Shown here: positions 18,956 to 29,976 of the stretch, piece by piece | Layout of the letters: every line of letters begins with the position of its first letter | Numbering within the stretch: position 1 is the first letter of the stretch | The notes under the pieces: model-generated | Seen by the model: the letters and a program-made list of their open reading frames with translations, nothing else | Told to the model about the DNA's origin: nothing | Databases searched by the model: none | Translations under genes and position numbers: made by a program | DNA from: an uncultured delta proteobacterium | GTDB taxonomy: Bacteria; Desulfobacterota; Binatia; Binatales; Binataceae | Reading direction: 5' to 3' | Assembly (NCBI GenBank): GCA_963765675.1 | Contig: CAVXXK010000014.1 | Coordinates: forward strand, 1 to 64,000 | Length of the DNA stretch: 64,000 nt

Positions 18956-19011
18956 GCAGCCTGTCAAAAATTCTTGACGGTCCGTTCGCGAGGCTCGTCG
19001 GCAGTTCAGGA

Positions 19012-19258
19012 CCTGGGCGTTGATTCGCGACATCGTCGCCCCGCGCGTTTGCGGATCGCGGCGTCCAACGCTTCGAGCGATACCCGCCGGGGCGCCGGCG
19101 CGAGAAGACCTTTCAGCGACTGCGGCCGGCAACAGAACAACTTTGCCGTCGTCTTCAACGACGAACTGAATTCGGTCGCCGACCCTGAGCCTCAGATACC
19201 GCCTGATCACATCGGGAATAGTAGTTTTCCCTTTACTGCTAATCTTAGATACAGCCAC
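19012..19258 (-). pseudogene. AbrB/MazE/SpoVT antitoxin-like gene, frameshifted, no toxin partner
   Basis: SKISSKGKTTIP..LRVGDRIQF; the expected tail SLKGLLAPAPRRVSLEALDAAIRKRAGRR lies in a different frame. Confidence 0.65.
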
Positions 19259-19336
19259 GAGATTGTATCTTACATTTCAAACAAGTCATTGACCTTATTA
19301 CTATGATCGCGCGAATAGGTATGAGACAGAGAGAAC

Positions 19337-19437
19337 ATTGCCTCGTCCTCTCGGTCAGTGAAGGAGCAAGGTCGAAAAAATGCCTATAGGCCACCAGGCC
19401 TCTCATCTTGGGTGGACCATAACTTGGGGGCAGGTCA
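19337..19437 (-). mobile_element. IS3-family left-end relic (no transposase)
   Basis: Minus strand begins TGACCTGCCCCCAAGTTATGGTCCACCC, like IS3-family IRL as recalled; then GAGGACGAGG RBS and an ATG with no transposase ORF. Confidence 0.5.
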
Positions 19438-19439
19438 CA

Positions 19440-19635
19440 TACCCTCTCCCTCCGGGAGAGGGCGACGCGGCGCGATGCTTGCGATTCTTTTTCGCAAGCA
19501 TCGTGACGCGTGGGTGAGGGCGGCCTTGCAGAGAGCTTTCTCTTTAATCGCGCGGCGCTGTGCGCCGCGCTGAATAAGGTCCCTCACCTAACCCTCTCCC
19601 TTTCAGGGCGAGGGATCAGACGGCGGGCGAGGATT
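19440..19635 (-). repeat. CCCTCACCC/CCCTCTCCC element (full-length copy)
   Basis: Reverse-complement homolog of 5783-5977. Confidence 0.75.
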
Positions 19636-19685
19636 CCGTTACGAAAGCGAGAACAGATTCGATTCATAGAAAAGCGCCGCTTTCT

Positions 19686-20477
19686 TTAGCGACCTCCAGA
19701 GAGGGTTTCATCCGATAGGAAGGCGTGGGCGGAACGATGCTCTCGTAGCGCTCGCAAACGATTCAGATGAACTTCGTAATCTGCGATCGCGCGCCTTCCC
19801 AAGCTCGAGAAGAAGCCGCCGCGGATGGAAGCCCGTGGATCAGCGAATCCGGCTGCCGAACTGGCTCTCAAGCCACGATACTCGGCCGGATATGCCCAGT
19901 CGCTGATTCCGACGTAGACGCCGAATTCATAAGCGCGAGCGACCGCCATGCTCTTCCATAGGGATCTCGCCACCTGGGGAGAAGGGCGGCGGCTTATCGA
20001 GAGAGTCGGAACAAGAATCATATCCGGTCTCGGGACGAGGTGGCTGAGCAAAACCGCGGAATACCAGAAGTCCGCGCATATCATCACGAGCACGCGAAGG
20101 CCGGCGACATCGAACGTGCCAATCGATTTTCCAGGAAGAACGCCCAGCTCCGATTCGATCCCGTAAGGGCGCTTCTTTTCATAACGAGCGACGATGTCGC
20201 CGTCCGGATTTGCCACGGCGCCTCTATTCCGGAGATGCCTGCCGACGCGATCATGATGGGAGCCGGCGACAACATAGCATCCGATTTGGCGGGCCAGATT
20301 TGCAGTCAATTTGGCATATTCGCCTCGACCGCATTCGCCTCCGACCAGTTCCGGAAGCAGCAGGATATCCTCGCGCGAAACGCTGAATCGGTACTTGTCG
20401 ATCGTGCGGAGTAGCCAGTCGACGGTCGTTCCGAAGGTCGGGCTAATGGAGCGCAGTTGAGTAAGATAAATCTTCAT
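19686..20477 (-). CDS. Carbon-nitrogen hydrolase (nitrilase superfamily)
   Basis: Triad motifs LLPEL (E), YEKKRP (K) and MICADFW (C). Confidence 0.8.
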   Translation of the reverse strand: MKIYLTQLRSISPTFGTTVDWLLRTIDKYRFSVSREDILLLPELVGGECGRGEYAKLTANLARQIGCYVVAGSHHDRVGRHLRNRGAVANPDGDIVARYEKKRPYGIESELGVLPGKSIGTFDVAGLRVLVMICADFWYSAVLLSHLVPRPDMILVPTLSISRRPSPQVARSLWKSMAVARAYEFGVYVGISDWAYPAEYRGLRASSAAGFADPRASIRGGFFSSLGRRAIADYEVHLNRLRALREHRSAHAFLSDETLSGGR

Positions 20478-21088
20478 CGGAGCGCCCGCCGTCGAGGGGC
20501 GATTCCGCGAAGAAGAACGCCGACCAAAGCGGCTATTCGTTTGCGTTGCTTTACGAAATTTGTAGGACCGTCCATATAACGATCGAAGACCGCCATCCCA
20601 AAAACCGCATTGAACAGAATCGAAGCGGCCGCCTCGGGATCGGTTTCCTTCGCGATTCGTCCGAGCCGTTGCTCCGCGGAGAAATAAGCGCCCAGAATCT
20701 CGAAGCTGCGCTCAGGTGCGCTTCCGAGGCGTTGTAACCTTTCCCGGGTGCTTTTCAAGAGTGCGCGGTCCGCGAACAAGGAACAGATAAGCGGTGCGAC
20801 CGTGAGGTTATAGGTGAATGCCTCGTATGCGAGTTTTTCCAGATTGCCACGAACCGTACCAAGTCCAACCTGGAGAGGGAGATCGCGCAGAGCTTCGCGA
20901 TACATCGGCACAGCACGCTCCAGGACTGCGATGATGAGCTCATTCTTGCCGCGGAAATGTTTGTAGAGAGTGCCATCGGCAAATTCCGCGGACCGGGCAA
21001 TATCGCGGGTTCCAATGCGAGCCAATCCGCGAGTGCTGAGCAGCCGCTCCGCCGAAATCATGAGCCGCTCGCGTGTGTCCTTAGCCAT
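20474..21088 (-). CDS. TetR family regulator
   Basis: TRERLMISAERLL..TRDIARSAEFADGTLYKHF. Confidence 0.85.
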   Translation of the reverse strand: MAKDTRERLMISAERLLSTRGLARIGTRDIARSAEFADGTLYKHFRGKNELIIAVLERAVPMYREALRDLPLQVGLGTVRGNLEKLAYEAFTYNLTVAPLICSLFADRALLKSTRERLQRLGSAPERSFEILGAYFSAEQRLGRIAKETDPEAAASILFNAVFGMAVFDRYMDGPTNFVKQRKRIAALVGVLLRGIAPRRRALR

Positions 21089-21746
21089 CCTGAGCCTCTT
21101 GGTCGCGGTCCGGCGAAAAGCTTCCTTCGCGCATCGCCATGCAGACGCGCGGATAAAGACGGTTGAGTTCCGCGACCAGGAATCTGGCCGGGATGTCGTG
21201 AAACGCTCCGTGCTGCTGCACATAGGTCATGCTCCGACCACTGTTGTCAAAAGATTGGAGCAGCGCGTCGGACTCTCCATCGAATTCGAGCGGAGTGACG
21301 CCGTACCGATGGCATAAGCGAGCGTCGAAGGTTGGACTTACTTTCACCCAGCGGCCACTCAAGGCGACCTCCGCATAACCATGCCATGCAAACAGGTCGG
21401 TGTTCATCATCTCACGCAGGCGCGGCGAGGCCAGATGGTTTCGAACGTCGGCGAAAGCCGGACGGGCGGGTATGCCGGTGGCGCGGGAGAGAGCAACGAA
21501 CAGCGCGGCCTTGCCGACGCAGTACCCGCGCTTTCTTCTGAGCACGCTGCTCGCTCTATATTCACCTAAATCGTCGAAATTTTTGGCCTGATAACGGAGA
21601 TCGCGAACCGCATAGAAGAGCGCACGCGCTTTTTCTGAAGCGGATCCGAGAGGTGTGATTTCCTTCGCCGCATTCAGGATGGCGGGGTCGTCGCTGTCCA
21701 CGTATTCGGCGGGGGCTAGAAATACGCGCAACGAGTCGGCGGTCAT
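21081..21746 (-). CDS. Transglutaminase-like protein
   Basis: GYCVGKA, ADVRNHL, WHGY and WVKVSPTFD motifs. Confidence 0.85.
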   Translation of the reverse strand: MTADSLRVFLAPAEYVDSDDPAILNAAKEITPLGSASEKARALFYAVRDLRYQAKNFDDLGEYRASSVLRRKRGYCVGKAALFVALSRATGIPARPAFADVRNHLASPRLREMMNTDLFAWHGYAEVALSGRWVKVSPTFDARLCHRYGVTPLEFDGESDALLQSFDNSGRSMTYVQQHGAFHDIPARFLVAELNRLYPRVCMAMREGSFSPDRDQEAQDG

Positions 21747-21754
21747 CTCCGATT

Positions 21755-21800
21755 TGGTGAACATATGATCACTGATAATGAGATTCTGTTCACCAGTCAA
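21755..21800 (-). promoter_or_regulatory. Sigma-70-like promoter overlapped by a putative TetR operator
   Basis: Minus strand TTGACT-17nt-TATCAG; perfect 9-bp inverted repeat TGGTGAACA (21755-63) / TGTTCACCA (21787-95). Confidence 0.55.
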
Positions 21801-21873
21801 GAACAGAGTTTAGATGCGGTATATTCCGAAATTCGGCATAATGCCGCGGCTCACGCGCCGATGGTGCGTGAGA

Positions 21874-22344
21874 TTACTTTCCGTGGATCGTGATGTCCAT
21901 CGTGCCGCCCGGGTACTTGAAGGCCGCCTGGTCGAATGACGGCGCGCTCAGCTTGTTGCGAGCGTCGTTGGAGAAGCCGTAGACCTCCTGCGGGATGCCG
22001 AGCATGTTCTTGCGCATGTCGCCGGTGCCGTCTTCATCCTGAAACGCCGCGACCGCGTAGGTCCCGGCCGGAAGTCCCTTGAAATTGCATATCGCGCTAT
22101 CGCCGGTGATCTTTCCGGCTGCGCTCTGCGTGATCTTGCTGCGGTCGGTCGGGAAACCGTCGGGCGAGTTGTAGATCGCGCACTTCACCAGCCCCTTGGT
22201 ATTGGGGCATCCCGTGAAATGGACGCGAATCTGTCCCGACCCGGACGCGTCGGCGGCGCGTGCCGATGCGAACGTGAGACCGGTTGATAGCGCCAGCGCG
22301 AGCGCGCCGAGTGCGAGTTTGATCACGTGACGATGTCGATTCAT
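21874..22344 (-). CDS. DUF2141 family exported protein
   Basis: Signal peptide; GTYAVAAFQDED, LGIPQEVYGFSND and PSFDQAAF motifs. Confidence 0.85.
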   Translation of the reverse strand: MNRHRHVIKLALGALALALSTGLTFASARAADASGSGQIRVHFTGCPNTKGLVKCAIYNSPDGFPTDRSKITQSAAGKITGDSAICNFKGLPAGTYAVAAFQDEDGTGDMRKNMLGIPQEVYGFSNDARNKLSAPSFDQAAFKYPGGTMDITIHGK

Positions 22345-23126
22345 TATTTCACCTTCGAGCGCAGTCCCGGTGCGGGACGCGGATCCACGATCTGTCTGCC
22401 GGTAGGGCGCACTTCGAGCGAGCATCCGTAGAGCGAGTCGTCGCGCACCAGGGTGAAAACCGCGTCGGCGATTTCCTCGGGTTGAATAATCTTCGAGGGC
22501 ATCCAGCTTTTCATGCCATGCTGCTGCGCCTGTTCGAGTCCGCGCCGCACCATCGGAGTGTCCACGATTCCGGGGCATACGCAATTCACCCGGATCTTCT
22601 TTTCCTGCTCCCACGACGCGAGCGAATGCGTGAAGTTGACGACGCCCGCTTTCGCCGCGCCGTACACCGCGTCCTGCCGATGAGGATACAGCCCAGCCAT
22701 CGAGGCGGTGTTGACGATCGCGCCGCCGCCTCCTTTCTCCATGATGGGCGCGGCCAGTCCGGTTCCCAGGATGACGGCCTGCAGATCGATCTCGATCACC
22801 AGATGCCACCGCGCCGGTTCGGCTATCGGATAGCCCGGCGCGCCGACGCCGATCCCGGCGTTGTTGTGCAGGATGTCGAGGCGGCCGTATTTGCTGACCG
22901 CGGTCTCGAGCATCCGGCGCACGTCGGCTTCCTTGACCACGTCGGCGCGCACGAAGGTCGCCTTGCCGCCGGCCTTCTCGATCATGCTGACGGTTTCGGC
23001 GCCTCCTGTTTCATTGATATCCACGACCACGACCGACGCGCCCTCGTGCGCGAGCCGAATCGAAACCGCGCGTCCGATTCCCGATCCTGCGCCGGTTATG
23101 ACGGCGGCCTTGCCTCTAACTTCCAT
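22344..23126 (-). CDS. Short-chain dehydrogenase/reductase
   Basis: TGAGSGIG, NNAGI and YGAAK motifs. Confidence 0.95.
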   Translation of the reverse strand: MEVRGKAAVITGAGSGIGRAVSIRLAHEGASVVVVDINETGGAETVSMIEKAGGKATFVRADVVKEADVRRMLETAVSKYGRLDILHNNAGIGVGAPGYPIAEPARWHLVIEIDLQAVILGTGLAAPIMEKGGGGAIVNTASMAGLYPHRQDAVYGAAKAGVVNFTHSLASWEQEKKIRVNCVCPGIVDTPMVRRGLEQAQQHGMKSWMPSKIIQPEEIADAVFTLVRDDSLYGCSLEVRPTGRQIVDPRPAPGLRSKVK

Positions 23127-23175
23127 GTGATTTCCTCCGAGTGCTATCCGAACGATCCACTAACCGATCTTGCCA

Positions 23176-23574
23176 CTAACCGATCTTGCCGAGCAGAATT
23201 CCCGCGAGCAGCCCGACCAGCACGTAAGCCGTAAATCCAACGTACGCGAAATCGCGCTCCTTGATAAAGAGCACAAAGCAGAACGCAACCCGTGCGAGCG
23301 GCACCAGCGTCAGCACGAACAGGCCGATGGTCATGATGGAATGCGGATCGCCCTGCGCCGACTCCTGGATCAGTTGGACGAAAGTCTCGCGTCCGTGCAC
23401 CTGGCCATTCTGGATCTGGCGATAGCGATGCACGTAATGGCCCGGCGATTGCGCCGCCATCACCACCAGCCCGATGATCAGGACGATCGTCGCGGCGATC
23501 AGGATCGTCCGCAAGAGCAGCGGCGTCCACACGCGCAGGATGCGATCTTCGTCAGCGGCTTGTGATATCGACAT
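23176..23574 (-). CDS. DUF1634 membrane protein
   Basis: Three TMs, LVPLARV..ERDFAY; downstream of a TauE gene as usual. Confidence 0.8.
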   Translation of the reverse strand: MSISQAADEDRILRVWTPLLLRTILIAATIVLIIGLVVMAAQSPGHYVHRYRQIQNGQVHGRETFVQLIQESAQGDPHSIMTIGLFVLTLVPLARVAFCFVLFIKERDFAYVGFTAYVLVGLLAGILLGKIG

Positions 23575-23577
23575 CGC

Positions 23578-24405
23578 TCAAATCCCCGATAGCGCGCGCC
23601 ATCCCATCTCGATTGCGATCAGCAGCAGGATCACCACGAATCCGAGCCGCAGCCATCTGACGTTCGCGTACGGAAGAATCCTGCTGCCGATAAGCGCGCC
23701 CGCCGTGACGCCCAGCGCCACCGGAGCCGCGACCACCGTCGCCACATCGCCGCGCGCCAGGAACACCAGAGCTCCCGCGCCGGCGGTGACGCCGATCATA
23801 AAGTTGCTGGTCGCGCTCGAGATCTTGAGCGGGATGTGCATGATGTAGTCCATCGCCATCACCTTGAGCGCGCCCGACCCGATTCCCAAGAGCCCCGACA
23901 TCAGGCCCGCGACCACCATCAGCGCGGCGCCGCCGGGTACATGAACAATCTCGTAGTGAATCGTCTTGCCGCTCTCGTCCGGAACCTCGCCGGCCAGATC
24001 GAGTTTCCTGGCCAGCGCGTCGCCGTGCTCGACGATATCGTCGCCCTTCTTGGTCAGGCTGAAGTACGCCGACTGGAGCATCATCAGCGCGAAGAGCAGT
24101 TCGAGGATGGTGACGGGAATGACGCCGGCCAGGTATGCGCCTACCACTGCGCCGGTAACCGTCGCGCATTCGAGGACCATCGCGACTTTGAGATTGGTCC
24201 ATCCATCGCGCACGAAGGCCACGCTCGCGCCAGCGCTGGTCGCGACCACGGAGATCAGGCTCGCGCCGATCGCGACGGTCATCGGCATATGCGCCGCGAT
24301 CACCAGCGCGGGAACGATGAAGACTCCCCCGCCCAACCCGGACAGAGCGCCGACGAAGCCTGCTCCGATTGCGAGCGCGAGCAGACCTCCCAGGATTTCA
24401 AACAC
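23578..24405 (-). CDS. Sulfite exporter TauE/SafE family
   Basis: GLGGGVFIVP, SGLLGIGSGALKV and ATSNFMIGVT motifs. Confidence 0.9.
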   Translation of the reverse strand: MFEILGGLLALAIGAGFVGALSGLGGGVFIVPALVIAAHMPMTVAIGASLISVVATSAGASVAFVRDGWTNLKVAMVLECATVTGAVVGAYLAGVIPVTILELLFALMMLQSAYFSLTKKGDDIVEHGDALARKLDLAGEVPDESGKTIHYEIVHVPGGAALMVVAGLMSGLLGIGSGALKVMAMDYIMHIPLKISSATSNFMIGVTAGAGALVFLARGDVATVVAAPVALGVTAGALIGSRILPYANVRWLRLGFVVILLLIAIEMGWRALSGI

Positions 24406-24638
24406 GCTTTGAGACTCCGCGGTTCGCGCCCGTCAGCACAAGACTGCGTGCGCGGTTCCAAGACTGCCGCCGTAAGCTAGCGAACTTCGGCCGCGATTTA
24501 CACCCCGGCGGTACATCACCCGCGAGCGAGCCATGCATGATCATTGATGCAGCCGCGCGGATGCAGCAAACTAACTGCACGCGGCGACGTCCGTCGCGAG
24601 AAGCCTGCAAATCCAAGCGGTTTTCGCGGGCTCGGCGA

Positions 24639-24654
24639 CGGCACCGGGCTTGCT
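24639..24654 (+). promoter_or_regulatory. Sigma-54 (-24/-12) promoter
   Basis: CGGCACCGGGCTTGCT matches GG-N10-GC (TGGCAC-N5-TTGC consensus), about 85 nt before the kinase start. Confidence 0.65.
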
Positions 24655-24739
24655 CTCTATCGGCATGACTCAAGCCGGAACGGATTGCGTTACGATGTGC
24701 GGGTTAGAAGAATTCACGAGTATCTCCTGAGGCGCAACC

Positions 24740-26220
24740 ATGTTTGGCCTTCTGATCATAGCGATAATCATTTTTGCGGTCGTCAAGCATCAGCGTCAGC
24801 GCCAGAAGATCTGGCGCGACGGTGAACGGTGGGGACGCATGGGAAGTTATAGCAAATACGCCGACCCCGATTACTGGAAGCAGCACGCCAATCACGCCGA
24901 GGGTTACGCGCGCGACTTCGAGCAGAAGATCTCCGAGAAGCTCGAAGCTAAAGCGCAGCGATTCGAAGAGAAGATGCGGCGCAAGTTCGACCATCAGACG
25001 CGCAAGTACGGCGTCTCGGCCGACGCGATCGATCCGTCGAAGAATCAGCCGCCCCCGCCACAATTCAAAACCGACGCCGAGCGCCAGGCTTACGATCGCG
25101 CGCGCCGCCGCGCTGCCGCCGAGGCTGGCTTCTACGTCCATCTGATGTGGTACGGCGTCGTGATGGGCTTCCTGTTCTTCATCAACCTGCTCACCTCGCC
25201 AGAATACCAGTGGTGGCTCTTCCCCGCGGCAGGCTGGGGCTTCGGCCTCGCGAGCCATTTCTCCGCGGTGTTCGGATGGCGATGGATTCACGAGCGCGTA
25301 TTCGAGCCCGCGATCGCGCGCGAGGTTCAGCGCGAGGTCACCAAGGAGAAGGAAGCGCTGAGCGTCGAGAAGCAGGCCTCGCTCGACGAGCTGACGGCGA
25401 CCTTCGCGCACGAAATTCGCAATCCGATCGCGGCGGCCAAGAGCCTGGTTCAGCAGATGGGCGAAGATCCGACTTCGCACGAGAATGTCGAGTACGCGAA
25501 AGTCGCGCTCGACGAGCTCGCGCGCGTCGAGCGCAGCGTCTCGCACCTGCTGAAGTACGCCAAAGAGGAAGACTACAAATTTGAAACCGTCAACCTGGCC
25601 GCGGTCCTCGACGGCGCTCTGACCCAGATGCGCGCGAAGCTCGAAGCGAACCAGGTCGCGGTGTCGCGCAACTATCTGAGCGGGCCGACGGTCCGCGCCG
25701 ACGCCGACAAGCTGCGGCAGGTGTTCTCGAACATCATCGACAACGCGATCGACGCGATGAACGGCGTCGCCGCCGACCGGCGGATCGAAGTAGCGATCCA
25801 GCGCGGACGCACCGGGATGGCGACGGTGCGGATTCGTGACAACGGCTGCGGCATCCCGACCGACAAGCTCGGCAAGATTTTCAATCCTTTCTATACCTCC
25901 AAGGAAACTGGCACGGGCCTCGGACTCGGCGTCGCGAAGAAAGTGATCGACGCGCATCGCGGAGCGATCGAAGTCACCAGCAATCCAGGCAGTGGCACCG
26001 AGTTCGCTCTGTCGATTCCGCTCGCCGACGCGATGCGCGATGAGAATGCCAACGTCAACGCGAATGCGAACGTATCGCCAACGCAGCCGGCCGAAGCCGC
26101 CAAATCCGCGCCGAGTCCTGCCGCGACGATGCCGATGAGCTCGAATGGCGGCGCGCCCGCCACGCAATCGATCGCGATGGCCGCGGCGCCGGCCGGCGAT
26201 CCGTCCGCGCGAGGCCAGCG

Positions 26221-26224
<4 letters not shown>
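24740..26224 (+). CDS. Sensor histidine kinase with a 2TM domain
   Basis: N-terminal TM; 2TM-like [30 protein letters not shown]; AHEIRNP, DNGCG and GTGLGL motifs. Confidence 0.9.
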
Positions 26225-27684
<1,460 letters not shown>

Positions 27685-27716
27685 CGCGCGTATCGTCGCG
27701 CGGGAGATAAATCATC

Positions 27717-28229
27717 ATGGACGCGAGTACACAAACAACTTCTGAACCGGGTTCGGGATCAACTTCGGAGTCGCCGCGGGGCGTGCGCAACCTGAAGATC
27801 CATCCTCCGGTGCTGGTGGCGATTCTGCTTGCCGCCGGACTGGTGCTGCATTTCATTCTGCCCGAGGCGCGCGACATCGGATGGCATCAGGTACTCGGAC
27901 TGGTGCTGGTTGCGGGCGGGACGGGCCTCGCGTGCTTCGCCGCCGCGATCTTCTCGGCGCACGATACCACCAAGGATCCGTATGGAGCGCCGAGCACGTT
28001 CGTCGCCGCGTCGCCGTACACCTTCACGCGCAATCCGATGTACCTGGGACTGGCGGTGGCGCTGCTGGGCTTTGCGGTGTTCTTCGATTCGATCGTGATG
28101 CTGCTGGGACCGGCGGTGTTCTACGCCGCGATCGACACGATCGTGATCCCGCGCGAAGAGGAAACGATGCTCGCGCAGTTCGGCGACCAGTATCGCGCAT
28201 ACAAGGGCCGCGTCCGGCGCTGGCTCTAA
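27717..28229 (+). CDS. Isoprenylcysteine carboxylmethyltransferase/PEMT-family membrane methyltransferase
   Basis: PYTFTRNPMYLG and EE..FGDQYRAY..VRRWL motifs. Confidence 0.9.
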   Translation: MDASTQTTSEPGSGSTSESPRGVRNLKIHPPVLVAILLAAGLVLHFILPEARDIGWHQVLGLVLVAGGTGLACFAAAIFSAHDTTKDPYGAPSTFVAASPYTFTRNPMYLGLAVALLGFAVFFDSIVMLLGPAVFYAAIDTIVIPREEETMLAQFGDQYRAYKGRVRRWL

Positions 28230-28289
28230 AAATTTTACGAATCCGCCGCGTGCGCCACAGGCGTGCGCGAGGCGAAAAGGAGAGTCGTC

Positions 28290-29048
28290 ATGCTTCTATC
28301 CAGAGTGTTCAGTTTGATCGGCGGCAAGCTCAGCAGATGGCTGAAGGTCCGCGAGTCGAAGGATCCCGAAGCGGTCTATGAATCGGCGATAACCGATCGC
28401 ATCCGCCGCTATCATCAGTTGAAGAACGCCGCAGCCGGCGTGATCTACATGCGCAACAAGCTCGAACGCGAGCTGCGCGCGAAGAGCGCAGAGCTGAAAG
28501 AGGTGGACGAGGAAGCGGGGCAGGCCGCCGACATGAATGAGGATCAGTGCGCTCTGATTCTGATCGCGCGCAAGCACGAGCTCGACGCCGACTGTGCGCG
28601 GCTGCGCGAAGAGCTGGGCGATCTGACGCGCGAGGCCGAAGACGCCAAGAAGAATCTCATCGGATTCAAGGGCGAGATCGAGAAACTCAAGATCGAGAAG
28701 GTGCGGATGCTCGCGCGGTTGCGCAACGCCCAGGCGCGGGTGCGAATCCAGGAAGCGCTCGAGAGCCTGTCATATGACGACGACGTACGCGCGCTCGAAG
28801 AAGTGCGCGAGTCGATCTCGCGCACGCTTGCCCAGGCTGGAGTCAGCCGCGAGATGAACGACTCGGGCCTCGACAGCAAGCTCGAAGAGATTCGCCGCCG
28901 CAACGCCGACGCCAAGGCTCAGGCCGAGTTGGCCGAGCTCAAGCGCACGCGCCGTCCGCCGCTCGCGCCGCTGGACATCTTCACGCAGGCGGCCGACGCG
29001 GCGACCCTCGCCAACGGCAACGCGCGCGCTGCTCATCCGGAATCGTAA
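28290..29048 (+). CDS. PspA/IM30 family protein
   Basis: Amphipathic N-terminus LLSRVFSLIGG, DPEAVYESAI, long coiled coil and AQAELAELK tail. Confidence 0.8.
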   Translation: MLLSRVFSLIGGKLSRWLKVRESKDPEAVYESAITDRIRRYHQLKNAAAGVIYMRNKLERELRAKSAELKEVDEEAGQAADMNEDQCALILIARKHELDADCARLREELGDLTREAEDAKKNLIGFKGEIEKLKIEKVRMLARLRNAQARVRIQEALESLSYDDDVRALEEVRESISRTLAQAGVSREMNDSGLDSKLEEIRRRNADAKAQAELAELKRTRRPPLAPLDIFTQAADAATLANGNARAAHPES

Positions 29049-29092
29049 AGAACGTGGTGATGCGTGCCTCGCAGCAAGCTGGAGACGTGAAC

Positions 29093-29456
29093 ATGAGAAC
29101 CACTGTGCTTGCACTTGCGATAATCGCGCTCGGCTCGGCGGGATGCCGGTTTGGCGGACCGCCGCCGCATCCCCCGGGGCCGGGGCCGGACGGAGCGGCC
29201 GACGTTCACGCGTCTGACCGCGAACACGGTCTTCGGCAATTCGAGCGTCACCGACCTGACGCTCGTGTGCGCCGGGCGGATCGCGCTCACGCAGGGCGTC
29301 GCCAGTATCAACGACAACTGCTTTACCGGCGATACGAACGTGGTGGTCTGCACGGATTCCACATCGCCCAGTCCGGTGATGTGCGCGCCGCATAAGGGCT
29401 CGCTCGCGATCGCAGGCACGGGCACCGACACGATCAACTATGCCCGCGTCAGGTGA
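29093..29456 (+). CDS. Putative Cys-rich lipoprotein, apparently frameshifted near 29190
   Basis: GGAGA RBS, lipobox-like LGSAGC and Pro-rich linker in one frame; beta-rich four-Cys domain continues in the next frame. Confidence 0.55.
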
Positions 29457-29477
29457 GCGCGCGCGGAGCGAAGAAGG

Positions 29478-29508
29478 ACTTAAAGCAAAGCTTTAAGTTT
29501 ATATTTTT
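29478..29508 (+). terminator. AT-rich hairpin with T-rich tail after the pspA operon
   Basis: ACTTAAAGC-AAA-GCTTTAAGT then TTATATTTTT. Confidence 0.4.
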
Positions 29509-29612
29509 ACCTCGACGATTTCTTCGTCGAGCGGCGGGAGAATCGGAATCTCATATAAGTCAACCTAGTCGCGTGGCGGCTGGTTTGGAAATTGATCGCG
29601 CTCGCCATTGAA

Positions 29613-29953
29613 GTGTCATTCCCGCGCGCGTGGCTGCCGCGCGCGAGGAATCCCGAAACGAACGGCCGCTGCACGTGGCGTGAATAGACCGGCTGTGCGA
29701 AAGACGGGCGGCTCGCGAGCCGCCCCTACGAAGATTTGACTCGGGGGGACGCCGCTCGATCGGTGAGCACCGGCGTTTCCACACAATCGCATTTGATTTC
29801 GTAGGGGCGCGTCGTGACGCGCCCGTCCCTCGCACTGCGATGATCGTGGATCGTGTGCGTTGCAAGCTGCGCGCGATTGCTGCATGGACGCCTCGGGATT
29901 CCTCGCCCAGGGCTCGGAATGACGATAGCGGGCTCGGCTGAGATTACGATACT
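29613..29953 (+). repeat. GTCATTCC-type MITE/REP element, copy 2, with nested GTAG REPs
   Basis: Same ends as 2413-2558; contains GTAG REPs at about 29705-29729 (-) and 29801-29826 (+). Confidence 0.7.
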
Positions 29954-29976
29954 CATCCGCAAAACACATCTACCTG

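Noticed and set aside
23157-23190. 16-bp tandem duplication CCACTAACCGATCTTG at the DUF1634 stop as a target-site duplication
   Set aside because: Copies are directly adjacent with no element between; simple slippage or artefact, and the protein is unaffected
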